Below are positions 10,011-18,378 of a stretch of DNA of 64,000 bases, one piece after another. Under the pieces are notes generated by a model that made no database searches, was not told the origin of the DNA, and saw only the letters and a program-made list of their open reading frames with translations. This DNA is from Bacteriovoracia bacterium (GTDB lineage: Bacteria; Bdellovibrionota; Bacteriovoracia; Bacteriovoracales; Bacteriovoracaceae), in the NCBI GenBank assembly GCA_046570105.1, contig JBKHVI010000007.1, positions 14,006 through 78,005 of the forward strand. Reading direction: 5' to 3'. Position numbers and translations under genes: made by a program. Each line of letters opens with the position of its first letter. Position 1 is the first letter of the stretch.

Positions 10011-11156
10011 CTAACGGCCAAACAAGCGAGAGAAAAGCCCTGCTCGAGTTGTGTCGCTGGGATGAAAGTGTTTATCAATTTTTTCTGCTACTGCCTGAAA
10101 AGCCCTGGCAACTGGTCGCCCCTCATAAACAGGATTAGCCATATAGGGATATCCCGAATCGGCTGACATCCTTAACTCTACCTCTAGGGGGATCTTACCC
10201 AAGAAAGGAACTTGCAAAGTTTGGATCGCTTTTTCAACTCCGCCTTCGCCGAATAGATGATGCTCGTGATTGCAATTTGAACAAATAAACGAACTCATAT
10301 TTTCGACCATGCCGATCACAGGAAGATTGAGTTTGCGAAACATCTCAAGACCCTTGGTCGCATCAAGTAGTGCTACATCTTGGGGAGTTGAAATAATTAT
10401 AACACCGTCGACCTGGCAATTCTGTACCATTGAAAGCTGAATATCACCGGTGCCCGGTGGAAGATCTATGAATAAATAATCGAGTCCTTCCCAATTAGCA
10501 TCAAATAGAAACTGATTAAGTACGCCACCCAACATTGGACCACGCCAAATGACTGGATCTTTTTCTTCGATAAATAAGCCGAAACTTAGAAATTTTAAAC
10601 CGTGTGATTCGATTGGAACGATTTTTCTTTGTTCATTAGCGAGAGGTTTTTCAAAACGTTTTCCAAGCAGCATAGGAATTGACGGGCCATAAATGTCGGC
10701 ATCAATCACACCAACCTTTCTCCCACTTCTTGCCAAAGTACTTGCTAGGTTTACTGTAAACGTAGATTTACCAACTCCACCTTTACCAGATCCAATTGCG
10801 ATAACTTTGCCAACACCGGGAACTGGTTTTTTCGTCATAGGGGCAGCGTGCCCCGTTTTAATTTGTGCAGGTTCAGCTTTTACTGCCGGAGTTCCGACCG
10901 CTTTAAAAACATCTGCCGAATCACTAGAGACACTTTTTAAAAGTAGTTTGTCCTCAGAAACAACTGAACTTAGAAATTCGGCGATAGTTTTTTCGACCAA
11001 ACGCTTGTCTTGCGGGCTAATGCCATCGCGGGCATAGGTTATTGTTACCTTTTGGTTTTCAATTGCGATGTCCTTCCAGCGATTTTCTTCACTAAAAGTT
11101 TTGCCTGTAACAGGGTTTTTCACTGATGAAATTAGACTAACAATCTGCTCACGCAT
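10011..11156 (-). CDS. mrp: Mrp/NBP35 (ApbC) Fe-S cluster carrier ATPase
   Basis: GSGKGGVGKST, DADIYGPS, WRGPM, DLPPGTGD, ENMS, CxxC. Confidence 0.95.
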   Translation of the reverse strand: MREQIVSLISSVKNPVTGKTFSEENRWKDIAIENQKVTITYARDGISPQDKRLVEKTIAEFLSSVVSEDKLLLKSVSSDSADVFKAVGTPAVKAEPAQIKTGHAAPMTKKPVPGVGKVIAIGSGKGGVGKSTFTVNLASTLARSGRKVGVIDADIYGPSIPMLLGKRFEKPLANEQRKIVPIESHGLKFLSFGLFIEEKDPVIWRGPMLGGVLNQFLFDANWEGLDYLFIDLPPGTGDIQLSMVQNCQVDGVIIISTPQDVALLDATKGLEMFRKLNLPVIGMVENMSSFICSNCNHEHHLFGEGGVEKAIQTLQVPFLGKIPLEVELRMSADSGYPYMANPVYEGRPVARAFQAVAEKIDKHFHPSDTTRAGLFSRLFGR

Positions 11157-11297
11157 ACTTTCTCCTGGTATCCCCGACTGATGGGCTAAGATATCTTCCC
11201 CGTCACCTTACTCCTGGTCAATGAGTTTTAAGTGGCGCGAACTAAGAGCAAGATTTATCATTAGTAATGAGATTCTGTCAGTTTGAGGAGTGCACAA

Positions 11298-11855
11298 TTG
11301 TCGGCCTATAAGAGAACTATTTTTCTCATCAATCCAAAGTTTCAACTCAAGTTCGCACTTGTTATGTGCTCGTTGGTTTTTATTTCAAGCTTGATCTATC
11401 CCCTCACGATCGTTCAACTTTTTGAATCTTTTGCAAAGGCAAATCCTCAGGCAACAGATGGTCTGAAAGAAGCTAAAAATCAATTACTGATTTTCTTAGC
11501 AGCCTATCAATTCATCTTTATTGGTTTTGTATTTATTATTTGCATATTTTTAACGCATAAAATCGCCGGCCCAATGTTTAAGCTTACAAACTATTTGCGC
11601 AATATTTCTCAAGGAACGCCACCAAGCAATATCACCTTCCGAGATGGTGATAATTTCCCTGAAGTTGCTGAAGAAGTTAATAGCGCACTAGATCGTATTG
11701 CTGATGAGCACGAAGAAGATTATGCATACCTTACTGAAGTAACCAGTTATATGAACAATCTTTCCCTTGTCGTTCCAGAAGACAAAAAACCTCTAATCCA
11801 AGAGATTACAGCTCGTCTTCAAGACATCCAAAAACGACTTCATCCGAACGAATAA
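11298..11855 (+). CDS. Two-TM HAMP-domain membrane protein without output domain
   Basis: Two TM helices, THKIAGPMFKL...FRDGDNFPEVAEEVN. GAGGAG SD before TTG 11298. Confidence 0.7.
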   Translation: MSAYKRTIFLINPKFQLKFALVMCSLVFISSLIYPLTIVQLFESFAKANPQATDGLKEAKNQLLIFLAAYQFIFIGFVFIICIFLTHKIAGPMFKLTNYLRNISQGTPPSNITFRDGDNFPEVAEEVNSALDRIADEHEEDYAYLTEVTSYMNNLSLVVPEDKKPLIQEITARLQDIQKRLHPNE

Positions 11856-11897
11856 CTCGTAGCGACTCCCACGCCATATCATGATAAAATGCTTGTG

Positions 11898-13973
11898 ATG
11901 CGAAAGCTTATTTTACTCATCATTTTTTTTGGATATTTTAATGTCTCTGCATCGGCAAAGAACACTAATCCGTGGCATGCATTTCTAAATCGACCAGAAT
12001 TAGAACTTAAGCGCGCTGATCTCATTGTTTATGATCATTTTTTGCAAATTTATAAAGTCGCCGATAAGGGTTATGCCAGCGCCTATTTACTTGATAAGGG
12101 TCTCAAGGACTCATCAAAAAATCCTAGGCTCGCCATTTTCCACGAATGGTTAACTGATCTCAAACGTTTTTCATCATTGCCTCACGAAGAGCTCATTCAA
12201 ACATGCTTTGAGCTTAGAAAGAGGCTTGGAACTACTTTTGGGCTTACTCGAAAATTACTCATCCAACGAATAAATTACTGTCGCCAAATAGCACTCCAGC
12301 AGATGGCCCCAAAGGCATTGGCCGATGGTGGATTCACCATCACTGATATGAATTTTCTAAAAAAATTCATGTATCTCTTTCTGCATGGACGCAACCGTCC
12401 TGACTTTATTTGGTTTCTCCAGCGTTTTGAGGGAAAAGATGACCTGATGAACGTTCTTTCAACATTAGTAATTGAAGAAGTCATCAAGCGTAATCGCCAA
12501 GTACCAAGAGACATATTACCACTTATTACCATTACACCCGATCTCACTCGCCACATTCAGCAGTACGGCCTTGACTCTGAATCAATGAGACAAGTTTTCT
12601 ACACTGAGTTTTCACGCATGATTGAAGATCTCTACAAGTCTATTGATGAGAAAAAAAGAGACGTCACTGCAACTCGCGCTGATCAAATTCTTGCTTGGAT
12701 GTCACTTAACTTACAAAGATTGCCTCAAATGACATCTCTCGGAAGATTTTCGGACTTAGGGAAAAATCTTTGGAGAAATGGCTATGGTGATTCGGCCAGT
12801 CGTATATTTGATTACGTGGCAAAAAACGGCAATGCAGAACAGAGAGAAGATGCATGGTTTTTTAGACTCTGGATGTGGGGTGCGAAAGATGAATGGAAAG
12901 ACGCTTATAAGTGGTTAAATGGCCAAAATATCATTTCAAACTATAGCAAGCTTATTGATTCAAGACTCAAGTTCTGGATTGCTCTCACCTTGCAGAAAAA
13001 TGAAAAGCATAATGAAGCCAAGGAGCGCTGGGAGGAATTAATCAAACGTCACCCATTGAGCTTTTATGGAATAATGGCAACCAAAGCGCTGCAATCACAT
13101 CATTCACAATCGACAGCGCTCAAATTTTATCGATCGATAGATGAAACAAATAAGCCTACTCTTGATCCTGCATCAATTGATGCTTCTATGTGGGAAGCTT
13201 GGAAAAGGCTGCGCGCCTGGGCAAGACTCGATAACAAGTCCTTTCTAGCAGCGGAACTTAAAAGCTTCGAGAAGAGTTTTATTCCTGGGATATTGCTTAA
13301 GACAGACAAAGATAAAATCAAAGCGGTTCAAAGTGACATCAACCTTATAAACGCCGCATTGATAGGATCAGAAGAAAATTATCTCGAAAGTTTTCGCGTT
13401 ATCTACTCAGCACTTGATCAAGAGAAAGTTTTCTTTAACAGATTTTTGCTCGAAATTTTGTATCCGCAACCCTATATGAGTGAACTTCAGCGCGCACTTA
13501 AAACGGCAAAGCTTGACCCCTTATTACTTCTTTCACTTATTCGCCAAGAGTCTGTTTTTAACCCCGAAGCCAAGTCTAGAGTGGGGGCCCGAGGTCTAAT
13601 GCAACTTATGCCTACTACGGCGAAGAGGCTACAGCGTGGCGTGAGAGAGAAGCAGCTTGAGCAGCCTAATAAAAATATTGAGTTGGGTGCTAAGTATTTC
13701 CAACAACTGCATAAACGCTACAACGGAAATTTAGTATATGTACTATCGGCCTACAACGCTGGCGAATCTAGGGTTGAACGCTGGAAAGGCCAATATTTTT
13801 CAGGTGATGACTTACTTCGAAATATTGAAATGATTCCATTTCTGGAAACACGTAATTACGTAAAACTGATTTTTAGGAATTTATTCTTTTACAAGACACT
13901 GGTAGCTTCGCAGGATCTTCAAGACCCTGCGAATCCGAACCAGATCTATGATTTAGATCTAGGTTTTAAATAA
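11898..13973 (+). CDS. Soluble lytic transglycosylase (Slt70-like)
   Basis: IRQESVF, ARGLMQLMP, AYNAG, IPFLETRNYVK; helical N-terminal region. Confidence 0.9.
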   Translation: MRKLILLIIFFGYFNVSASAKNTNPWHAFLNRPELELKRADLIVYDHFLQIYKVADKGYASAYLLDKGLKDSSKNPRLAIFHEWLTDLKRFSSLPHEELIQTCFELRKRLGTTFGLTRKLLIQRINYCRQIALQQMAPKALADGGFTITDMNFLKKFMYLFLHGRNRPDFIWFLQRFEGKDDLMNVLSTLVIEEVIKRNRQVPRDILPLITITPDLTRHIQQYGLDSESMRQVFYTEFSRMIEDLYKSIDEKKRDVTATRADQILAWMSLNLQRLPQMTSLGRFSDLGKNLWRNGYGDSASRIFDYVAKNGNAEQREDAWFFRLWMWGAKDEWKDAYKWLNGQNIISNYSKLIDSRLKFWIALTLQKNEKHNEAKERWEELIKRHPLSFYGIMATKALQSHHSQSTALKFYRSIDETNKPTLDPASIDASMWEAWKRLRAWARLDNKSFLAAELKSFEKSFIPGILLKTDKDKIKAVQSDINLINAALIGSEENYLESFRVIYSALDQEKVFFNRFLLEILYPQPYMSELQRALKTAKLDPLLLLSLIRQESVFNPEAKSRVGARGLMQLMPTTAKRLQRGVREKQLEQPNKNIELGAKYFQQLHKRYNGNLVYVLSAYNAGESRVERWKGQYFSGDDLLRNIEMIPFLETRNYVKLIFRNLFFYKTLVASQDLQDPANPNQIYDLDLGFK

Positions 13974-15083
13974 TTAAACATTAAAGCGGAAGTGAATGAC
14001 ATCACCGTCTTTCACTTCGTACTCTTTGCCTTCCATGCGGAACTTGCCAGCTTCTTTAACTTTGGCTTCCGTTAGTAGGTTGAATAAGTCTTCACAGTGA
14101 TAAATTTCTGCCTTAATAAATCCACGCTCAAAGTCAGAGTGAATCACACCTGCCGCCTGTGGTGCTTTTGAACCTTTTGGAAAAGTCCAAGCGCGCACTT
14201 CTTTCACTCCAGCAGTGAAATAGGTGTACATACCGAGAAGGTTATAACCGGCACGAATCATTTTCGAGAGACCTGACTCTTCGATGCCAATTTCTTTCAA
14301 GAACTCTTCTTTCTCTTCTTTCGAACCAAGGGCCGCAATTTCACTTTCAACTTTTCCACAAATTGTAATCACGCCTGCATTTTCTTTGGCAGCAATTTCA
14401 CGAACTTTTTTAACATGCTCATTTTCTTTAGTGAGATTCGCTTCATCAACGTTACATACGTACATCAATGGCTTCATGGTAATGAGATGTAAATCATGGA
14501 TGGCTTCTTTCTCATCCGCATCAAGTTCTAAGCTTCTGGCAGGGAGACCCTCACCAAGTGTCTTCACCAATTTTTCAAGAATCGGTTTAGCAATTTTGCC
14601 TTTGGTGGAAACTATTTTGTCTTGGCTCTTAATGAGACGATCAATTCCTTGGAGACGCTTATTAACAGACTCAAGATCAGCAAGAGCGAGCTCTACGTTA
14701 ATTGTAGAGACGTCATCTATGGGATCAACTTTTCCTGAAACGTGAATAATGTCGCCGTCTTCAAAACAACGTACCACGTGAGCAATAGCGCCCACCTGAC
14801 GGATGTGACCCAAGAATTGGTTACCAAGTCCTTCACCTTTCGAAGCACCTTTCACCAGACCTGCGATGTCCACGAACTCAACGATGGCCGGTACTGTTCG
14901 TTCTGGTTTTACCAGTGTGGCTAGTTTATCTAGGCGATGATCTGGAACATGAACCACGCCGACGTTAGGTTCAATGGTACAGAATGGGTAGTTAGCCGCT
15001 TCTGCTGGTGCCGATGTAAGCGCCGAAAAAATTGTCGACTTACCAACATTCGGTAGACCAACGATACCTACGTTTAAACCCAT
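13974..15083 (-). CDS. ychF: Redox-regulated ATPase YchF
   Basis: GIVGLPNVGKST, NYPFCTIEPN, DIAGLVKGAS, FRFNV. Confidence 0.98.
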   Translation of the reverse strand: MGLNVGIVGLPNVGKSTIFSALTSAPAEAANYPFCTIEPNVGVVHVPDHRLDKLATLVKPERTVPAIVEFVDIAGLVKGASKGEGLGNQFLGHIRQVGAIAHVVRCFEDGDIIHVSGKVDPIDDVSTINVELALADLESVNKRLQGIDRLIKSQDKIVSTKGKIAKPILEKLVKTLGEGLPARSLELDADEKEAIHDLHLITMKPLMYVCNVDEANLTKENEHVKKVREIAAKENAGVITICGKVESEIAALGSKEEKEEFLKEIGIEESGLSKMIRAGYNLLGMYTYFTAGVKEVRAWTFPKGSKAPQAAGVIHSDFERGFIKAEIYHCEDLFNLLTEAKVKEAGKFRMEGKEYEVKDGDVIHFRFNV

Positions 15084-15097
15084 ATCTAACTCCTCGC

Positions 15098-15664
15098 TTA
15101 AATCAGCGGTTTCTTATTCACGATTGAGGCTTTAGCGATACCTGTTAACACACAATCTTCCAAGGGGACTTGCAACTTTTCTAGCAGATTTGGCAGAAAG
15201 GCCTGCTGCTCCTTGGGAAAGCCCGATAAAACCCAGTCTGAAACACTCCCGTGGACAGGTCGACCGATACCAATTCGCATACGGCCGAAGGCATCTGTAC
15301 CTAAACTGGCTGCGATACTTTTAAGTCCGTTGTGACCGGCAAGGCCACCACCCATTTTGAAATGGACTTGGCCAAAAGGAATATCGAGTTCATCATGAAC
15401 AACCAAAATTTCAGATGGTGCAATTTTATAGAATGCAGCCAGTGGTTGAACGGATTCTCCCGAAAGGTTCATAAAAGTTTGAGGTTTTAAAAATGTGGTT
15501 TTATGGCCCTTAACATCGACATCACAAAACTCACCCTTAAACTTAGATTTCCAATTTACTGAACGAGTATATGGAAGAGAATCAAAGAGCAGCCAGGCGA
15601 TGTTATGCTTAGTAGTAGCATATTCATTGCCGGGGTTTCCGACTCCTACTACTAAGCGAAACAT
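15098..15664 (-). CDS. pth: Peptidyl-tRNA hydrolase
   Basis: GNPG..Y..TKHN, KPQTFMNLSG, HDELD, GHNGLKSI. Confidence 0.96.
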   Translation of the reverse strand: MFRLVVGVGNPGNEYATTKHNIAWLLFDSLPYTRSVNWKSKFKGEFCDVDVKGHKTTFLKPQTFMNLSGESVQPLAAFYKIAPSEILVVHDELDIPFGQVHFKMGGGLAGHNGLKSIAASLGTDAFGRMRIGIGRPVHGSVSDWVLSGFPKEQQAFLPNLLEKLQVPLEDCVLTGIAKASIVNKKPLI

Positions 15665-16608
15665 TAGATAAAGAGTGATGACACCGAATCGTGGTTAAAC
15701 GTTCGGTGGATGGCTTTGGCTAAAATATCAGCGGTCGATAGCACTTTGATTTTAGCAACTTTTCTACCTTCGGCAGAGAGAGGGATAGTATCAGTCACGA
15801 TAACTTCTTCTAACTCATTACACTCGGCAATTCGGGTGATTGCAGGGTCACTAAACACAGCATGAGTTGAAGCTGCGTAAACACGATTTGCACCGTTCTT
15901 TTTCAAGGCCTGAGCCGCTTGAACTAAGGTTCCCGCGGTATCAATCATGTCATCGATGATTATACAGTCTTTGCCTTTCACATCACCGACCACGTTCATG
16001 GCTTCAGCAACGTTTGGAGCAGTACGACGTTTATCAATCATGGCGAGTTCAGTCGTAAGTTTCTTGGCGTAGTGACGAACACGCTCAACACCACCTGCAT
16101 CAGGAGAAACGCAAACGAGATTATCAGGCGGAATATTTTTGCGAACGTAATCCAAAATTACTGGAGAAGCGAAAATGTTATCGAATGGTATGTTAAAGAA
16201 GCCTTGGATCTGCCCTGCGTGGAGATCCATTGTAATCACACGCGATGTTCCAGCGACGGTCAGCAAATCAGCCACCAGCTTGGCCGTGATAGGTGTACGA
16301 GGTGCACTCTTACGATCTTGGCGCGAGTAGCCATAATGGGGAACAACGGCCGTAATTGAATTAGCTGAAGCTCGCTTCAGCGCATCAACAATAATCAAAA
16401 GCTCCATCAGTGAGTCATTGACCGGAGAACAGGTCGACTGCAGTACAAAAACATCTGCACCACGAACGTTCTTTTCGATTTCGCAGTATATTTCACCGTT
16501 AGCAAATTTTCGTATTTGGGGATTAACAAGGGGAACATCAAGAAATTCAGAAATCTTCTTTGAAAGATAAGGGATCGAAGAACCGGATACCAGTACAATC
16601 CGTCTCAC
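15664..16608 (-). CDS. prs: Ribose-phosphate pyrophosphokinase
   Basis: YSRQDRK, DLHAGQIQGFF, SPDAGG, DDMIDTAGT. GTG 16608 follows GAGGAG. Confidence 0.97.
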   Translation of the reverse strand: MRRIVLVSGSSIPYLSKKISEFLDVPLVNPQIRKFANGEIYCEIEKNVRGADVFVLQSTCSPVNDSLMELLIIVDALKRASANSITAVVPHYGYSRQDRKSAPRTPITAKLVADLLTVAGTSRVITMDLHAGQIQGFFNIPFDNIFASPVILDYVRKNIPPDNLVCVSPDAGGVERVRHYAKKLTTELAMIDKRRTAPNVAEAMNVVGDVKGKDCIIIDDMIDTAGTLVQAAQALKKNGANRVYAASTHAVFSDPAITRIAECNELEEVIVTDTIPLSAEGRKVAKIKVLSTADILAKAIHRTFNHDSVSSLFI

Positions 16609-16642
16609 GCTGAACTCCTCTTGAATCTTGGACAATGAAAAG

Positions 16643-16717
16643 TGGTAGGGGTGGCAGGGATCGAACCTGCGTATGGCAGAATCAAAATCTGCTGACTTAC
16701 CACTTGTCGACACCCCT
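16643..16717 (-). tRNA. tRNA-Gln(UUG), CCA encoded
   Basis: AGGGGTG/CACCCCT acceptor stem, GCAGA-TTTTGAT-TCTGC anticodon arm, GCAGG-TTCGATC-CCTGC T arm; typical position upstream of prs. Confidence 0.95.
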
Positions 16718-16890
16718 ACAGAGGCCAAAAAAATTGTGATTCGAATGTAACTTAGGGCCAAGGATAATGGCAAGAAAGAACCCATAAAATGCCTCGTACT
16801 TGCCCTCAATCTTTGGGGGCTTTTTTTGGACAGACTGACAGCCTTTGCTCTATCGTGTTTTTCAGTGTTTCTGTAATTCAAGGAGTTTTT

Positions 16891-18345
16891 GTGCGCTCGA
16901 CCAAATTTGTTCTGGCAGTGGCCCTGCTCGTGTTGACGTCTTCCGCCATGGCGCTCCCTATTGATTGGGGCGGTTCATTGGGCCTAGATACCACTTTAAT
17001 CGACAATATTCGTCGCTCTAAAGACGATGTTCCCACTGCAAAAAATGACGGTACTCAAGGAATTGTCGACAACGATAATGGCGCCCACTTTCAAACTTAC
17101 GTTTTCAAATTAAATCCACACCTCATCGTAAATGATGCTGTTTCAATTAAAGGTGAATTATCGAGTGGTCACACACGCGGTGGGTTTTGGGGTGACAACG
17201 CCACTCAGACTCAAGATCAAAATACCGGCAGCAACTCCTACTACAGTACAGTTCCTGCACAACGAAGCACTCTTAATGTTAATCAGCTTTACGCAGAACT
17301 CTATGCTGACACTGCTTTAGTTAAAGCAGGTCGTTACGCCAAGGAATATGGCCGCGGAGCTATTCTTCACGCAGGGAAAGGGACATTTGATCGCTTCTTC
17401 ACTCAGTACGACGGTATTCAAGGTGAAATGCGAATTGGTAACTTTGCCCTTATTCCACACTGGGCACGTTTGGCGACTTATGATGAGGGCGCGAGTAAGC
17501 CAGAAGCTAACGGTACTCGCGATGTTCGTGAGTCAGGTCTAGTCGCAAGTTATGACAACAAGAGTACTAACACTGAATTTTCTCTCGCTTATACAAAGCG
17601 TTTTTCTGAACCAAATAACGATCTTTACGACATCAATAACCCCGCCACTAATCGCGGAAGAACAAATGTTACCTTGATCGATGTGTATTTCCATAAGAAG
17701 TGGGAAAAAGTTGATCTCTCAGTAGAAGTTCCCATGATGTCTGGAGATTACGGCCGGGTTTATAACGATGGTACAAAATCTAAAGTCTCATCATCGTCGG
17801 CCTTAGCAGAAGTGATCTGGAGCCCGAGCGTTCGTTGGGACTTTGGTCTTCATGCCGGTCAAGTCGGAGGCGACAAAGGTAGCTCACAACGCTTTGAAGG
17901 CATGCAGCTAAACCCAAACTATCATATTGCTGAATTGATGTTCCGTTATAACTACACAGCTTTCAATGAAGGCAATCAAAGTATCTTTGATAGCGGAATT
18001 AGTAATGCTCGCTTCTTCAAGCTTTACTCAAATTACAAAAACGATAAGTGGACCTGGAGCGCGGCCGCGATCATGGCAACTGCTATGGAAACAGCAAAAG
18101 CCGGTCAGCGTTCTTACCATCACGAAGAAGGTTACTCATTTGATTCAACTGCGGATCAAGACGATGATTACGGTATGGAGCTCGACCTGGGCTTTGCTTA
18201 TCAATGGAATCCAAACGTAAATGTCTCAGGCTTTTTAGGATATTGGCTCGTAGGTGATTACTACGCCTTTAATAACGATGCCGATGACGAATTAAAAGTT
18301 GAGAACGTGCTCGGTGCGGGTCTTAAACTTGGAATCGACTTCTAA
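16891..18345 (+). CDS. Outer-membrane beta-barrel / porin (alginate-export-like)
   Basis: AGGAG SD, GTG start, signal peptide, YGMELDLGFAYQW, C-terminal GLKLGIDF. Confidence 0.75.
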   Translation: MRSTKFVLAVALLVLTSSAMALPIDWGGSLGLDTTLIDNIRRSKDDVPTAKNDGTQGIVDNDNGAHFQTYVFKLNPHLIVNDAVSIKGELSSGHTRGGFWGDNATQTQDQNTGSNSYYSTVPAQRSTLNVNQLYAELYADTALVKAGRYAKEYGRGAILHAGKGTFDRFFTQYDGIQGEMRIGNFALIPHWARLATYDEGASKPEANGTRDVRESGLVASYDNKSTNTEFSLAYTKRFSEPNNDLYDINNPATNRGRTNVTLIDVYFHKKWEKVDLSVEVPMMSGDYGRVYNDGTKSKVSSSSALAEVIWSPSVRWDFGLHAGQVGGDKGSSQRFEGMQLNPNYHIAELMFRYNYTAFNEGNQSIFDSGISNARFFKLYSNYKNDKWTWSAAAIMATAMETAKAGQRSYHHEEGYSFDSTADQDDDYGMELDLGFAYQWNPNVNVSGFLGYWLVGDYYAFNNDADDELKVENVLGAGLKLGIDF

Positions 18346-18375
18346 AAAAAAAGCCTCCGCAAGGAGGCTTTTTTT
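18346..18375. terminator. Bidirectional intrinsic terminator
   Basis: AAAAAAAGCCTCC-GCAA-GGAGGCTTTTTTT between convergent genes. Confidence 0.92.
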
Positions 18376-18378
18376 GTT

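Noticed and set aside
16620..16720. tRNA as an integration site for an island
   Set aside because: No integrase, no duplicated tRNA 3' end noticed, and the flanks are core genes.
16609..16881. 91-aa N-terminal extension of Prs in the ORF track
   Set aside because: Runs through the tRNA-Gln gene; the real start is GTG 16608 with an SD.
16789..16890. N-terminal extension of the porin ORF
   Set aside because: SD and signal peptide point to GTG 16891.
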